This document shows, in pieces, positions 20,222-30,096 of a DNA stretch of 64,000 nt (its first letter is position 1; each line of letters starts with the position of its first letter). The notes under the pieces are model-generated. The model had not been told where the DNA came from. It did no database searches and saw nothing but the letters and a program-made list of their open reading frames with translations. The DNA comes from an uncultured Gammaproteobacteria bacterium (GTDB taxonomy: Bacteria; Pseudomonadota; Gammaproteobacteria; UBA9214), in NCBI GenBank assembly GCA_963748215.1, contig CAVVHS010000009.1, positions 128,001 to 192,000 on the forward strand, in the 5' to 3' direction. Position numbers and translations under genes: made by a program.

Positions 20222-20739
20222 TGCCGGTTCCTCAGCGCCACGCGCGTGCGCTGCGGGTAGCTGTTGCCGTTGCGGGTCAGCACCAGGTCGAACTCGATGA
20301 AGGCGACATCTGCAATTCCAGTGGCGGCCGTACTGCCATCGGCCCGGTAGTAGGCAAAGGTCATGCTGCCGACCTCGTCGGTCAGGGTATGGGTGCCGGC
20401 CGGCGTGGCATAGGCGAGCGTGAGCAGCGGTGGTGTGCCGGTCAGGGTGACGGCCGTGCCATCGCTGCGGGTGAAGGCCAGCGTCGTGCCGGTCATGGTG
20501 GTGATGTCGTAGTTGGCGGGGGTCACGGTGTTGCGGCGTACCTCGCGCACCTCGCGTGCCATGCGCTCGCTGGCATAGCGCAGTTTGCCGAGCGTGTGCA
20601 GGACATCGGCATTGCCGGAAAAGGCCAGTGCCCCGCCGGTCAGGCCGTAGCCGGCGGCCGCACCCAGCAGTGCCAGGATCACCAGGCTGATGATCATCTC
20701 GATCAGGGTGAAGCCGTGCTGTCGCTCGCGCGCTGCCAT
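20218..20739 (-). CDS. Type IV minor pilin (MshO position)
   Basis: QHG|FTLIEMIISL; A.ERM.RE.R; V.LRN C-terminus. Confidence 0.85.
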   Translation of the reverse strand: MAARERQHGFTLIEMIISLVILALLGAAAGYGLTGGALAFSGNADVLHTLGKLRYASERMAREVREVRRNTVTPANYDITTMTGTTLAFTRSDGTAVTLTGTPPLLTLAYATPAGTHTLTDEVGSMTFAYYRADGSTAATGIADVAFIEFDLVLTRNGNSYPQRTRVALRNRQ

Positions 20740-21137
20740 CAGTAGTTCACCAGTACGAAACTGACCCGGGCCCGGTTTTTGGGACCGCGCTCGACGCTGA
20801 CTACTACGCCCTTGCAGGTCGCGCCGGTAGCGCAGCCACCGCTGGCCGGTGGCTGGGTTACGGTCACGCTGCGCGTGTAACTGCTGTAATTGCCGGTCAG
20901 CACGTCATTGGTCGTGCCGATGGCAACGGCCGCATAGCCCTGGTCGCGACGCAGGGCGAGAATCTGTTCGGCGCGCTCCTGGGCCAGCTGGGCGGCGGTC
21001 TGGATCTCCTCGTCTATCAGCGTGCTGCCGGCGACCTGGGTGAATTGCCCGAGAATCGGCACCGAGGCCAGCGCCACGATGACGATGACCAGGATCAGTT
21101 CGATCAGGGTGAAGCCGGCCTGGCGAGTGCGTGTCAT
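20739..21137 (-). CDS. Type IV minor pilin (MshD position)
   Basis: QAG|FTLIELILVIVIV; A.QLAQ...EQI. Confidence 0.85.
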   Translation of the reverse strand: MTRTRQAGFTLIELILVIVIVALASVPILGQFTQVAGSTLIDEEIQTAAQLAQERAEQILALRRDQGYAAVAIGTTNDVLTGNYSSYTRSVTVTQPPASGGCATGATCKGVVVSVERGPKNRARVSFVLVNY

Positions 21138-21577
21138 GGCGTCACCGAGACGAAACCCGTGACCGGACTCAGGGTCACGGTGGCGGTCCGTGAGCTGCCG
21201 CTCAGGGTGAAGACGCGTGCCGCGGCCAGCAGGCTGCCGGCGGCGACCGGCCGGCCCAGGCTGTCGAAGCCGGTGTCGGTGCCGGACAGGGTGACGCTGT
21301 TATCCAGGGTCACGGTGTAGGGCTGCAGAGTGGCAGGGTCGGTGACGGTGCTGCCGCCGAAGCTGACCCGGTAGGTCGTCGCGGACTGCACGTCGAAGAC
21401 CAGGGTGCGGCCCTGGTTCAGCGCCAGGGCCTGGGTGTGGCGCAGGTCGCGCGCCAGCCGGTCGGCCTGCGCTGCGACGGTGTTATCAGAAGGTGAGAAG
21501 CGCGGGACGGCGTAGGCGGCCAGCGTGCCCAGGATCACCAGCACGATGACCAGTTCCAGCAGGGTAAAACCCCGCAT
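21134..21577 (-). CDS. FimT/GspH-like minor pilin (MshC position)
   Basis: RG|FTLLELVIVL; FDSLGRP; TGFV; exact start uncertain. Confidence 0.85.
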   Translation of the reverse strand: MRGFTLLELVIVLVILGTLAAYAVPRFSPSDNTVAAQADRLARDLRHTQALALNQGRTLVFDVQSATTYRVSFGGSTVTDPATLQPYTVTLDNSVTLSGTDTGFDSLGRPVAAGSLLAAARVFTLSGSSRTATVTLSPVTGFVSVTP

Positions 21578-21622
21578 AAACGCTGTGGTTGGCAATGAGC
21601 GACATGGGGTGGCCGGTAACAG

Positions 21623-21650
21623 GAAAGGGCGGGCAGGTGCCCGCCCTTCC
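21623..21650 (-). terminator. GC-rich hairpin after the major pilin (partial terminator or stabiliser)
   Basis: GGGCGGGCA/TGCCCGCCC stem followed by a short TTTCCT on the minus strand. Confidence 0.55.
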
Positions 21651-21678
21651 AGGTTGACAGGTTCAAGGTGTCTGCCGG

Positions 21679-22048
21679 CTACGGAATAAGCCCACACACT
21701 GCACTGTGTCACCGATGGTTGTCGTTGCGGTGGCGCAGTTCGAGTCGGTATAGGTCAGCACGATGTAGTCGGTGGTGTCGATACGCACCTGGATTCCGGT
21801 GGGGTCATGGCGGCAACATTTTCACCATTGACATAGGTGGACAGCTCGGTGACCGTCGGGAAGCGCTTCAGATCGGCGATCGCGATGGCGTGGGCACTCT
21901 TCACCGCACCGCTCATGCCTTTCTTGGAGGCATCCAGCGCATCGCCGGAGAGATCGACAAACTTGGGAATGGCGATCGCGGCCAGCACGCCCAGGATTGC
22001 GATGACGATCACCAGTTCGATTAATGTAAAACCTTTAACCTTGCTCAT
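21679..22048 (-). CDS. mshA: MSHA-type major pilin, with two apparent 1-nt deletions
   Basis: KG|FTLIELVIVIAILGVLAAIAIPKFVDL; after ~21808 an alternate frame gives DPTGIQVRIDTTDYIVLTYTDSNC...VQCVG; 370 nt span equals 124 codons minus 2 nt. Confidence 0.75.
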
Positions 22049-22217
22049 TTTATACACTCCTTGTGGGTTGACAGTTGAACCTGTACAGCCATTCCAGCGG
22101 CCGTACCTAGTAAAACTTTAATCATAAATAGTTAATAAATATCAATTTCTTATGTTTCCATTAACGGCTTCACACTTCTGTTGATGCGCGGTTTCATTGA
22201 ACCTTGTGCAGCCATTC

Positions 22218-22417
22218 CCGGTGCGTAAAACGCACCCTACGCCCGGCTTTTATTTTTCCGTGTTCTTCCGTGGATTCCGTGGCCATTATCCATTGCGCCC
22301 GTCATTCACGTTTCACCTTTCACGTCTCACACCAGGGTGTACGCCATGCACCGCTTCCGGTGCGTAAAACGCACCCTACGCCCGGGTTTGTTTTTTCCGT
22401 GTTCTTCCGTGGCCATT
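22218..22417. repeat. Inverted copy of the 17.3 kb composite repeat cluster
   Basis: 22250-22289 is the exact reverse complement of 17315-17354; 22218-22240 is the reverse complement of 17366-17388; TTCACGT-like run at 22305-22330; second unit at 22357-22417. Confidence 0.9.
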
Positions 22418-22425
22418 CATATCGA

Positions 22426-23646
22426 TCAATGCAACGCAACTGAGGCCAGGTTCCACATGGGCAGGAAGATGCCCATGGCCATCACCAGCACCAGGCCGCC
22501 GATCACCACGGTGAGGATCGGTTCGATGGACGCACTCAGCCGCTCGGTGGCGTAGTCCACCTCGCGCTCGTAATAGTCCGCCACCTCGGTGAGCAGCTCG
22601 CTGATGGTGCCGGATTCCTCGCCCACGGCCAGCATCTGCAGCACCAGCGGATCGAAGATGCCGCTGTTGGCGGCGGTCAGGCTCAGTGCCTTGCCATGCT
22701 CGATGCCGCCACGCATGCCGAGGATGCGTTCTTCCAGGTAACTGTTGTTCAGCGCCTGCGCGACCACCGTCAGGGCGGTCATCAGCGGTACGCCTGAATT
22801 CATGCTCATCGCGAACAGGTGACTGAAGCGCGCCAGCGAGGCCTGGTAGATCACGCTGCCGACCAGCGGCAGGCGCAGCTTGAACTTGTCCCAGCGATAG
22901 CGGCCGGCCTCGATGCCGACGTACTGTTTCGCGCCGGCCACCAGCACTGCCAGCAGCAACAGCAGTACAGGCCAGTAGCCGACCATGAAATCGGACGTCA
23001 TCATGAGTATGCGGGTCGGCAGCGGCAGTTCGGCGCCGAAACTCCTGAACAGGTTGCTGAAGGCCGGGACGACCCAGATACTGATCACGGCCAGCGCGAT
23101 GGCGATGGCGCTGATCACGAAGACCGGGTAACGCAACGCCGACTTGATCCTGCCGCGCGTGGTCTTTTCCCGGTCCAGGTAAAAGGCAAGTTGCTGAAAG
23201 ATCTCGGTCAGTTTACCGCTGGTCTCGCCGACGCGCACCAGGCTGACGTAGAACATCGAAAACACCCGGGGATGCTGCCCGAGCGCATCCGACAGCGTGT
23301 GTCCCGTCTCCAGGCTGGTCACCACCTGGTGCAGTGTTTGCGCCAGCGCACGGTTGCCCGTGGTGGTGGCCAGCCCGGTGATGGCGCGGAAGATGGGAAT
23401 GCCGGCGCGCAGCATGCTGTGCATCTGCCGGCTGAACTGGATCAGGTCGGGAAGCTGGACCCTGGGCGCAAACAGGCTTTCCAGGCTGATGCCCAGCGAG
23501 AGTTTTTCGACAAAGGGCTGGATGTCGACCGGGATCAGCCCGCCCTCGATCAGGCGCGCGGCGGCCAGGTCGGGGCTGGCGGCATCGATAGTGCCCTCGA
23601 TGGCATCGCCATGGGCGCCGCGTGCCCTGTACCTGAATACCGGCAT
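22426..23646 (-). CDS. mshG: PilC/GspF-family platform protein MshG
   Basis: F.RQM.SMLRAGIP; GETSGKL; ALRYP; LPLPT; IEP; IFLPMW. Confidence 0.92.
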   Translation of the reverse strand: MPVFRYRARGAHGDAIEGTIDAASPDLAAARLIEGGLIPVDIQPFVEKLSLGISLESLFAPRVQLPDLIQFSRQMHSMLRAGIPIFRAITGLATTTGNRALAQTLHQVVTSLETGHTLSDALGQHPRVFSMFYVSLVRVGETSGKLTEIFQQLAFYLDREKTTRGRIKSALRYPVFVISAIAIALAVISIWVVPAFSNLFRSFGAELPLPTRILMMTSDFMVGYWPVLLLLLAVLVAGAKQYVGIEAGRYRWDKFKLRLPLVGSVIYQASLARFSHLFAMSMNSGVPLMTALTVVAQALNNSYLEERILGMRGGIEHGKALSLTAANSGIFDPLVLQMLAVGEESGTISELLTEVADYYEREVDYATERLSASIEPILTVVIGGLVLVMAMGIFLPMWNLASVALH

Positions 23647-25355
23647 CACTCGGCCCAACCGCACAGGCGCATCACTTCCCCGATGGTCGTGATGCCGTCA
23701 CGCGCATAGTCCAGTGCATGGCTGACCAGCGGCTGGTAGCCAGGTTGCTCGCTTGCCGCGCACTGCACGGCGTTCTGGTCCCCGCTGCGCAGGGCCTCGG
23801 CGAGTGCGGGTGTCATCACCAGCAGCTCGTAAATGCCGATGCGTCCGCTGTAGCCGGTCTGGTTGCAGCTGTTGCAGCCATTGCCTTGCCGGAACACGTG
23901 TTTGTCCAGCGTATCGCCGGCCTGCTCGCGCAGCCAGGCCTGTTCGTTGGTGTCGAGTAATGCCGGGGCACTGCAACGCCTGCAGACCCGGCGGATCAGG
24001 CGCTGGGCGAGGATGGCCTGCACGGACGAGGCCAGTAAATAGCTCTCCAGGCCCATGTCCACCAGGCGAATGACACTGCTGACGGCATCGTTGGTATGCA
24101 GTGTCGACAGCACCAGGTGGCCGGTCAGCGAGGCGCGCAGCGCGATCTCGCCGGTTTCATGGTCGCGGATCTCGCCCAGCAGCAGAATGTCCGGGTCGAG
24201 GCGCAGGGCGGTGCGCAATACGCGCGCGAAATCGAGCCCGACCTTGTTGTTGACCTGCACCTGGTTGACGCGTTGCATGCGATACTCGACCGGGTCCTCG
24301 ATGGTGATGATCTTGCGCTGCGGCGAATTCAGCTCCTGCAATGTGCTGTACAGTGTCGTGGTCTTGCCGCTGCCGGTCGGTCCGGTCACCAGGATCAGAC
24401 CGTGCGGCTTGTGAATGATCCTGCGAAAGGTCTCCAGCAATACCGCAGGCATGCCCAGTTCCTCCAGCGTACTGATGGAATTGCTATGGTCGAGCAGGCG
24501 CATGACGACGCCCTCGCCGTTCTGGGTCGGGATGGTGGACAGGCGCACATCGATCTGCCGGTCCTTGACGTTCACCGAAAAGCGGCCGTCCTGGGGCAGC
24601 CGGCGTTCCGATATGTCGGCATTGGCCATCAGCTTGAGGCGCGACACCAGCGCGGCGGTGATGTTCTTTTCGTCGACGATCTGCTCGTGCAGGATGCCGT
24701 CGATGCGGCGCCGTATGCGCAACAGGTTCTCGTCCGGCTCGACGTGGATATCCGAGGCATGCGCCTTCACGGCGCCGTCGAACATGGACTGGATCAGGCG
24801 CACCACGGGCGCATCGCTCTTGTTGCTGACGGCGATCAGCCGGTCGAGGTCAAAGGTGCTGTCCGACATGTCGCGGCCGACCTCGCTGGCCAGCGACTGC
24901 AGCTGGTCATTACCGCTGTACATCCGGTCGATGCCTGTCAGCAGGTCGGCTTCCTTGACGGCCGCCAGCTCGACCGGGCACTTGAGCGCCTTGACCAGTG
25001 CGTCGTAATTGAAAATATCGGTAGGGTCACCCAGCGCCACCAGCAGGCCGCTGGCCGTTTCCTTGAGGATCAGGGCGCGGTAGCGGCGGGCGTCGGTTTC
25101 CGGCAGCCGCTGTACCAGTTGTGGATTCAGTTCGAAGGTCTGCAGGTCAACATAGGGAATGCCGATCTGCGTCGACAGGATTCTCAGCATGGCCTCTTCG
25201 TTGACGTAACCGTGATCGATCAGCACGCGGCCGAGCTTGCGGCCGCTCTTTTTCTGTTCCGCAAGCGCGGCCTGCAGCTGGTTCTCGGAAATCAGCTTCT
25301 TCTCGACCAGCAGGTCGCCGAGGCGGACTTTCACGCGTTGCATGTTTGCTGCCAT
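23646..25355 (-). CDS. mshE: MSHA extension ATPase MshE with N-terminal MshEN domain
   Basis: RLGDLLV...I...QL..AL.EQ motif; GPTGSGKTTT; LRLDPD; CxxC..CxxC. Confidence 0.93.
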   Translation of the reverse strand: MAANMQRVKVRLGDLLVEKKLISENQLQAALAEQKKSGRKLGRVLIDHGYVNEEAMLRILSTQIGIPYVDLQTFELNPQLVQRLPETDARRYRALILKETASGLLVALGDPTDIFNYDALVKALKCPVELAAVKEADLLTGIDRMYSGNDQLQSLASEVGRDMSDSTFDLDRLIAVSNKSDAPVVRLIQSMFDGAVKAHASDIHVEPDENLLRIRRRIDGILHEQIVDEKNITAALVSRLKLMANADISERRLPQDGRFSVNVKDRQIDVRLSTIPTQNGEGVVMRLLDHSNSISTLEELGMPAVLLETFRRIIHKPHGLILVTGPTGSGKTTTLYSTLQELNSPQRKIITIEDPVEYRMQRVNQVQVNNKVGLDFARVLRTALRLDPDILLLGEIRDHETGEIALRASLTGHLVLSTLHTNDAVSSVIRLVDMGLESYLLASSVQAILAQRLIRRVCRRCSAPALLDTNEQAWLREQAGDTLDKHVFRQGNGCNSCNQTGYSGRIGIYELLVMTPALAEALRSGDQNAVQCAASEQPGYQPLVSHALDYARDGITTIGEVMRLCGWAE

Positions 25356-25386
25356 GATTGCAATCCTTGCCGGTTGTCGTACCTGA

Positions 25387-26433
25387 TCAGCGCGCCAGCT
25401 GTTCGAGTCGCAGCTGCACGTACTGTTGCAATGCCGTACCCAGCGGATAGTGCAATGCCTGCCGGTAGGCCGATGCCGCCGTCTCCGCATCGCCCGCCTG
25501 CTCGCTGGATATGCCCAGCCCCATCCACCACTCGCCATGTGCCGGCGCCAGCCGCAGCGCCTCGCGATAGCTCCCGGCTGCCGCATCTGCCTTGCCGCTG
25601 CGCTGGTAAAGCCCGGCCAGCAGGGCATGGTAGGCGGCATCGTCAGCGGCGGCAGGCAGTGCGCCCTGCAGGGCATTGATGGCCTCGCTGTCACGCGCCT
25701 GTGCAGCCAGCAATTGTGCATACAGGCTGGCGTAGGGGGCATGCTGCGGGTAGAGCAGCAGGCCGCTGGCCAGCACCGACTCTGCGCGGCTGTTCCGCTG
25801 CAGCTGCACATACAGGCCGGCCAGCAGCAGCCGCGCCTTGTGCAGGCCATTATCCCGTGCCAGCAGGTCCTCGAGCAGGCGTTCCGCCTCGACAGCGTTA
25901 CCCTTGTTCACGGCCGCTGCGGCAACCTGGAAATCGCGTTCCAGCCGCTGTTCCGTCGACAGCGGGCGGGGTGTCACCTCGAAATGACCGTCGTCTCCGG
26001 CGGCCGGCCCGCTGGCAGGCGCAGCCGCCTGGGCAGGTGTCGCCGGGGGCGTCTGTACTTTCTGTTCGTGCTGTTCGGTAACCGGTGTCTCTACCGTGTC
26101 GGGAGCGGTGTGTGCGGGTGCGGCGGGTAGCCGTGCCGTGACCTTGCCGGCAACAACCGCCCGCACCGGTATCTCCAGTATCCGGGTCGTTTCCGCCGGG
26201 TCGCTGTCGGGTGTCCGTGACTGCTGCAGTCGGAACGTGTTGCTGAAGGCAATACCCGCCAGCGCGATGGTGACGAGCAGGGCGGCGCCGGCCAGCACCG
26301 GGGTGCGTCCCGCCAGCGGATTGCGCAGGTGCATTCCCGCCAGGCCCGGCGGGTGCAGGACGGCGGCATGGGCGCCCGCCGGCTGGTGGTTGCGCCGGTC
26401 CAGGTCCTTCAGCATATCGTTGATCAGGCTCAT
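25387..26433 (-). CDS. mshN: TPR protein MshN
   Basis: MSLINDMLKDLDRR N-terminus; TPR repeats; WWMGLGIS. Confidence 0.88.
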   Translation of the reverse strand: MSLINDMLKDLDRRNHQPAGAHAAVLHPPGLAGMHLRNPLAGRTPVLAGAALLVTIALAGIAFSNTFRLQQSRTPDSDPAETTRILEIPVRAVVAGKVTARLPAAPAHTAPDTVETPVTEQHEQKVQTPPATPAQAAAPASGPAAGDDGHFEVTPRPLSTEQRLERDFQVAAAAVNKGNAVEAERLLEDLLARDNGLHKARLLLAGLYVQLQRNSRAESVLASGLLLYPQHAPYASLYAQLLAAQARDSEAINALQGALPAAADDAAYHALLAGLYQRSGKADAAAGSYREALRLAPAHGEWWMGLGISSEQAGDAETAASAYRQALHYPLGTALQQYVQLRLEQLAR

Positions 26434-26444
26434 GACGGTTGCGC

Positions 26445-27341
26445 TCAGTGCCAGGCCGCGTAGAAGCCGGCGCCGGTCAGGGTCAGCAGCCCGAACAGGC
26501 CGGACGCCAGTGCCAGGCGGTGGCGCGAGGGCCGTATGTCATCGGTGTCCACCGCTGCCTTGCGAATATGGACAGCATCGATGCAGCGGTCGCCGCGCCC
26601 GAAGGCGGACAGCATGGCCTTGTGGGCAAGGATGTTGATCAGTCGGGGAATCCCCCGGCTGCTTCGATGCAGCAGCTTCAGTGCCCGCGGGGTAAACAGC
26701 GGCACGCCGCGGTAGCCTGCCACCATCAGGCGATGCTGCAGGTAAACAGTGAGTTCGTGGGGTGCCAGCGGCTTGAGCCGGTAGCTGAACAGGATCCGCT
26801 GACGCAACTGGCGCAGGTGTTCCTGTTGCAGGCGGGCGTCGAGTTCCGGTTGTCCGAACAATACCACCTGCAGCAGCTTGGTTTTCTCGGTTTCCAGATT
26901 GGAGAGCAGGCGCAGTGCCTCCATGCTGTCATCGGGCAGGGCCTGCGCCTCGTCCAGCAGCAGCACGACCTGCCTGCCGCCGGCATGCAGCTGTATGAGC
27001 CGCTCGTTGATGAGTTCGAGCAGGCGTGGCTGGCCGATATTGCGCGCATATTCGATGCCCAGTTCGCTGGCCAGTGCCATGCGCAGCGCCACCGGGTTGA
27101 TGAACGGGTTGGGAATGTAGGCCGTGACGAAACCTTCGCCGAACGAATTCAGCAGTTTTCTGCACAGCAGTGTCTTGCCGGTGCCGACCTCGCCGGTGAC
27201 CTTGATGAAGCCCTCGCCGGAGTGCAGGGCATACTGCAGCACGTTCAGTGCATCCCTGTGGCTACCGTGATCGAGAAAGAACTCCGTGTCCGGCGTGATG
27301 GTGAACGGCTGCTGTTCCAGTCCGAAGTGTTCAAGGTACAT
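26445..27341 (-). CDS. mshM: ExeA-like AAA ATPase MshM
   Basis: MYLEHFGL...PF..TP; GEVGTGKT; DEAQ; LFGQPEL; GIPRLIN. Confidence 0.92.
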   Translation of the reverse strand: MYLEHFGLEQQPFTITPDTEFFLDHGSHRDALNVLQYALHSGEGFIKVTGEVGTGKTLLCRKLLNSFGEGFVTAYIPNPFINPVALRMALASELGIEYARNIGQPRLLELINERLIQLHAGGRQVVLLLDEAQALPDDSMEALRLLSNLETEKTKLLQVVLFGQPELDARLQQEHLRQLRQRILFSYRLKPLAPHELTVYLQHRLMVAGYRGVPLFTPRALKLLHRSSRGIPRLINILAHKAMLSAFGRGDRCIDAVHIRKAAVDTDDIRPSRHRLALASGLFGLLTLTGAGFYAAWH

Positions 27342-27366
27342 GGCTAGACTCCAGTGGCAGCGGCGC

Positions 27367-29112
27367 TCAGCGGCCGGTGCCGTCCATGGTTCTGAGGTTG
27401 CGGAAGCGGTCCGCGGTATTGCGCAATTGCCCGTTCCATTGCTGGTCGCTGTTGATGACTATAGGACGCAGCAGGATGACCAGCTCGCTCTTGCCGGCTA
27501 CCTCGCGGTGGTGGCGGAACATGTTGCCGATTATCGGTGCGTCCCCGAGCAGCGGCGTGCGCGACTCCTCGTCACGCAATGCGTTCTTCATCAGCCCGCC
27601 CAGCACCACGACCTGGCCACTGCGTGCACGGATCACCGAGTCCGACTCGCGGATTGTGCTCAGTGCCAGCGGGATCGACAGGTCACTGTCGCTGGAGACC
27701 TGGATATTCTTGGTCTTCTCCATTACTTCGCTGATGGCCGGGTGAATGTGCAGGATGACATTGTCGTCCGCGTCGATCTGGGGCAGCACATCGAGTGCGA
27801 CACCGGAGAAGAACGGCGTCAGGGTAACGTTCACATTCGTGTTGCCGAATCCATTGGTGATTTCGGTGTCGGTATCGACATCGGTGACGAAATACTCGTC
27901 CTGGCCGACCTTGATCACGGCCTTCTGGTTGTTGACGGTCGAGATGCGCGGGCTGGATAGCACCTGCACGTCACCCTGGGTCTTGAGCAATTCGATCAGG
28001 GCATTGAAGTCCTTCAGGTTCGCATCAATGGTGAAGATGCCGCCGAAGGCGGTCGTGTCGAAGCCGGTGACCTGGGTGCCACGCACCAGCGGCACAACGG
28101 TGCCGGCCAGCGCGGACGCCCCGCTGTCGAATACGGTGCCGCCGCCTGAGTGGCCGAACAGGATCGACTTGTCATCGCCGAACTCGATCAGCGCATTCCA
28201 GTTGATGCCAGCCTGAAACTTGTCGTTCAGTGAGACCTCGATGACCTTGGCCTCGAGGATTACCAGGCGGTGCGCCACGTTCTCGATGGTGTTGAGATAG
28301 TCCTGCACGTCACGCAATTCCTCCGGCAGGGCATGGACGACAATGACGCCGGTCTGCGGATGCACGACCACCTTGCGGCCGTCTTCCTTGCCCACGATGA
28401 GGTTCAGCGAATCCTGCAGGTCTTTCCAGAAATCAGATGCGGAGTCTGTCCTGACCTCGCTGCCGGAAACGCTGGAGCTCTGTCCGCCACCGGCAGCCGG
28501 TGTGCCAGCGGCCGAAACTGGCTGGGTATCAGAGCCGGATTTACTGACCTCGCCGGAGCTGACACTGGTGCGTGAGGTGCCGTCACGGACAATATCCAGA
28601 TAATCAACGGTGAAGACCTGGGTGCGCATGCTGGCCGGATACACCTGGAAGGTGTTGCCCTGGCGGCGGTAACGATAGCCGTACACGTCACGCACCGTGG
28701 TCAACACCTCCTCCAGCGTGACATCGCGCAGGCTGATGGATATTTTTCCGCTCACCTCCGGGTGCACCACCATGTTGAGGTGCGTGCCCTTCACCAGGCT
28801 CATGAAGAATTCCGGTGCCTGCGTGGCCTTGACGGAGATATCGAAGTGCGGTTCGATATCCGGGACCAGGCCGGCAATATCGGTGCTCATCTGCGGCAGT
28901 AGCGCGGCGGCCACTTCAGGCGGCGGGGCGACGGGCGCTGCGGCGCTGTCGGGAGGCGTGCTTTCCTGCAAGGCCTCCGCGATGGGCGCCATGTTCTCGG
29001 GCCGGAATGTCGGTGCCGTGGAGCAAGCGGCAAGCAGGGCAGCAATCAGTCCGCTGATTATCTGGCGACGCAGCTGTGTGATAGTAGGCATGGTGATATA
29101 TCCATATTTCAC
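27367..29112 (-). CDS. mshL: Secretin MshL
   Basis: Lipobox LAAC; VILEAKVIEV.L; VLSSPRI...NNQKAVIKVG; PFFSG; ELVILLRP. Confidence 0.93.
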   Translation of the reverse strand: MKYGYITMPTITQLRRQIISGLIAALLAACSTAPTFRPENMAPIAEALQESTPPDSAAAPVAPPPEVAAALLPQMSTDIAGLVPDIEPHFDISVKATQAPEFFMSLVKGTHLNMVVHPEVSGKISISLRDVTLEEVLTTVRDVYGYRYRRQGNTFQVYPASMRTQVFTVDYLDIVRDGTSRTSVSSGEVSKSGSDTQPVSAAGTPAAGGGQSSSVSGSEVRTDSASDFWKDLQDSLNLIVGKEDGRKVVVHPQTGVIVVHALPEELRDVQDYLNTIENVAHRLVILEAKVIEVSLNDKFQAGINWNALIEFGDDKSILFGHSGGGTVFDSGASALAGTVVPLVRGTQVTGFDTTAFGGIFTIDANLKDFNALIELLKTQGDVQVLSSPRISTVNNQKAVIKVGQDEYFVTDVDTDTEITNGFGNTNVNVTLTPFFSGVALDVLPQIDADDNVILHIHPAISEVMEKTKNIQVSSDSDLSIPLALSTIRESDSVIRARSGQVVVLGGLMKNALRDEESRTPLLGDAPIIGNMFRHHREVAGKSELVILLRPIVINSDQQWNGQLRNTADRFRNLRTMDGTGR

Positions 29113-29450
29113 GGTTGTTTTTTCACGATGTCCGGCAGCAGTTGCAGGGTAATGCGTCTGCCGTCAGCCTGAATCAGTACATCAAGTTTGCGTATTTCGA
29201 TAATCCTTGCGCCGTCCACCGACTCGCCCTCGCTGACCCGCTTGCCGTTGATTACGGCAACGCGGCGGTCGGGTGCCACCAGTGTCGAATCGAGCGTCCA
29301 GCCGCGCCGGGACTCGCTCGCGTGTGCCGCTGCGGCCTGGCCGTAGCTGGCGGGCCGGGTCGGATCGATGAGCGCACTGCCGGGCAGGGGCAGCGCTGCC
29401 AGCGTCGCATACAGTGCCAGTGCAATTCGGGTTCCGGTCCTCAGTGACAT
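29109..29450 (-). CDS. mshK: MshK
   Basis: L.DPTRP motif; AVING. Confidence 0.85.
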   Translation of the reverse strand: MSLRTGTRIALALYATLAALPLPGSALIDPTRPASYGQAAAAHASESRRGWTLDSTLVAPDRRVAVINGKRVSEGESVDGARIIEIRKLDVLIQADGRRITLQLLPDIVKKQP

Positions 29451-29457
29451 GACGGCA

Positions 29458-30096
29458 TCATCCTTCCAGCAGACCCAGGGTATAGATATCGATCGTGATG
29501 CGCGCCTTCGGGTATTCGGTGATCTCGAATGTCACACCCTTCCAGAAAAAATTCCACGGCAGCGCCTCCAGCGCGCGCAGGTAGTTCAGCGTCGACAGGT
29601 AACCGCCTTCCAGCTGCAGTTCCAGTTCGTAGCGACCAATGCCGGCAACCGGCACGCTTTCTCCTGTGTCGGTTGCCGTTGCCATGAGTGGCTCCGAGCT
29701 GGCATTGACTGCCTGCAGGGTCAGCCCGGCCTCCTGGGCAAGGACCTGTTCGAGGATGCTCGCCGCCTGGTCGGGTGCAAGCATGCCGCCAAGTCGCGAC
29801 TGCAGCTGTAAGCCCAGCTCGTCCAGCTGTGCCTGCAGCCGGCCGAGCTGCATTGCCGGGTCGTTTCCCGCTGCACCACCCAGCTGGCCGGTGCGAGTGC
29901 GCAGCACCTCCAGTTGCATTTCCTGGTCGGTGATATTCTGTTGCAGCTCCTGCTGTTGCCTGAATACGGGTTGCAATCCAAAGCTGTCCACCAGGAAAAA
30001 CAGCACCACCAGGCAGGCGATCAGCAGCAGCACGCGCTCGCGCAGCTGCAATGTGTCAACGCGTGTCGCCAGCTGCTGATATCGCGCCGTAATCAA
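29458..30096 (-). CDS. mshJ: MshJ (PilO-like)
   Basis: L..RER; GGY...L.YL..LE.LPW; YP......IYTL. Confidence 0.85.
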   Translation of the reverse strand: MITARYQQLATRVDTLQLRERVLLLIACLVVLFFLVDSFGLQPVFRQQQELQQNITDQEMQLEVLRTRTGQLGGAAGNDPAMQLGRLQAQLDELGLQLQSRLGGMLAPDQAASILEQVLAQEAGLTLQAVNASSEPLMATATDTGESVPVAGIGRYELELQLEGGYLSTLNYLRALEALPWNFFWKGVTFEITEYPKARITIDIYTLGLLEG

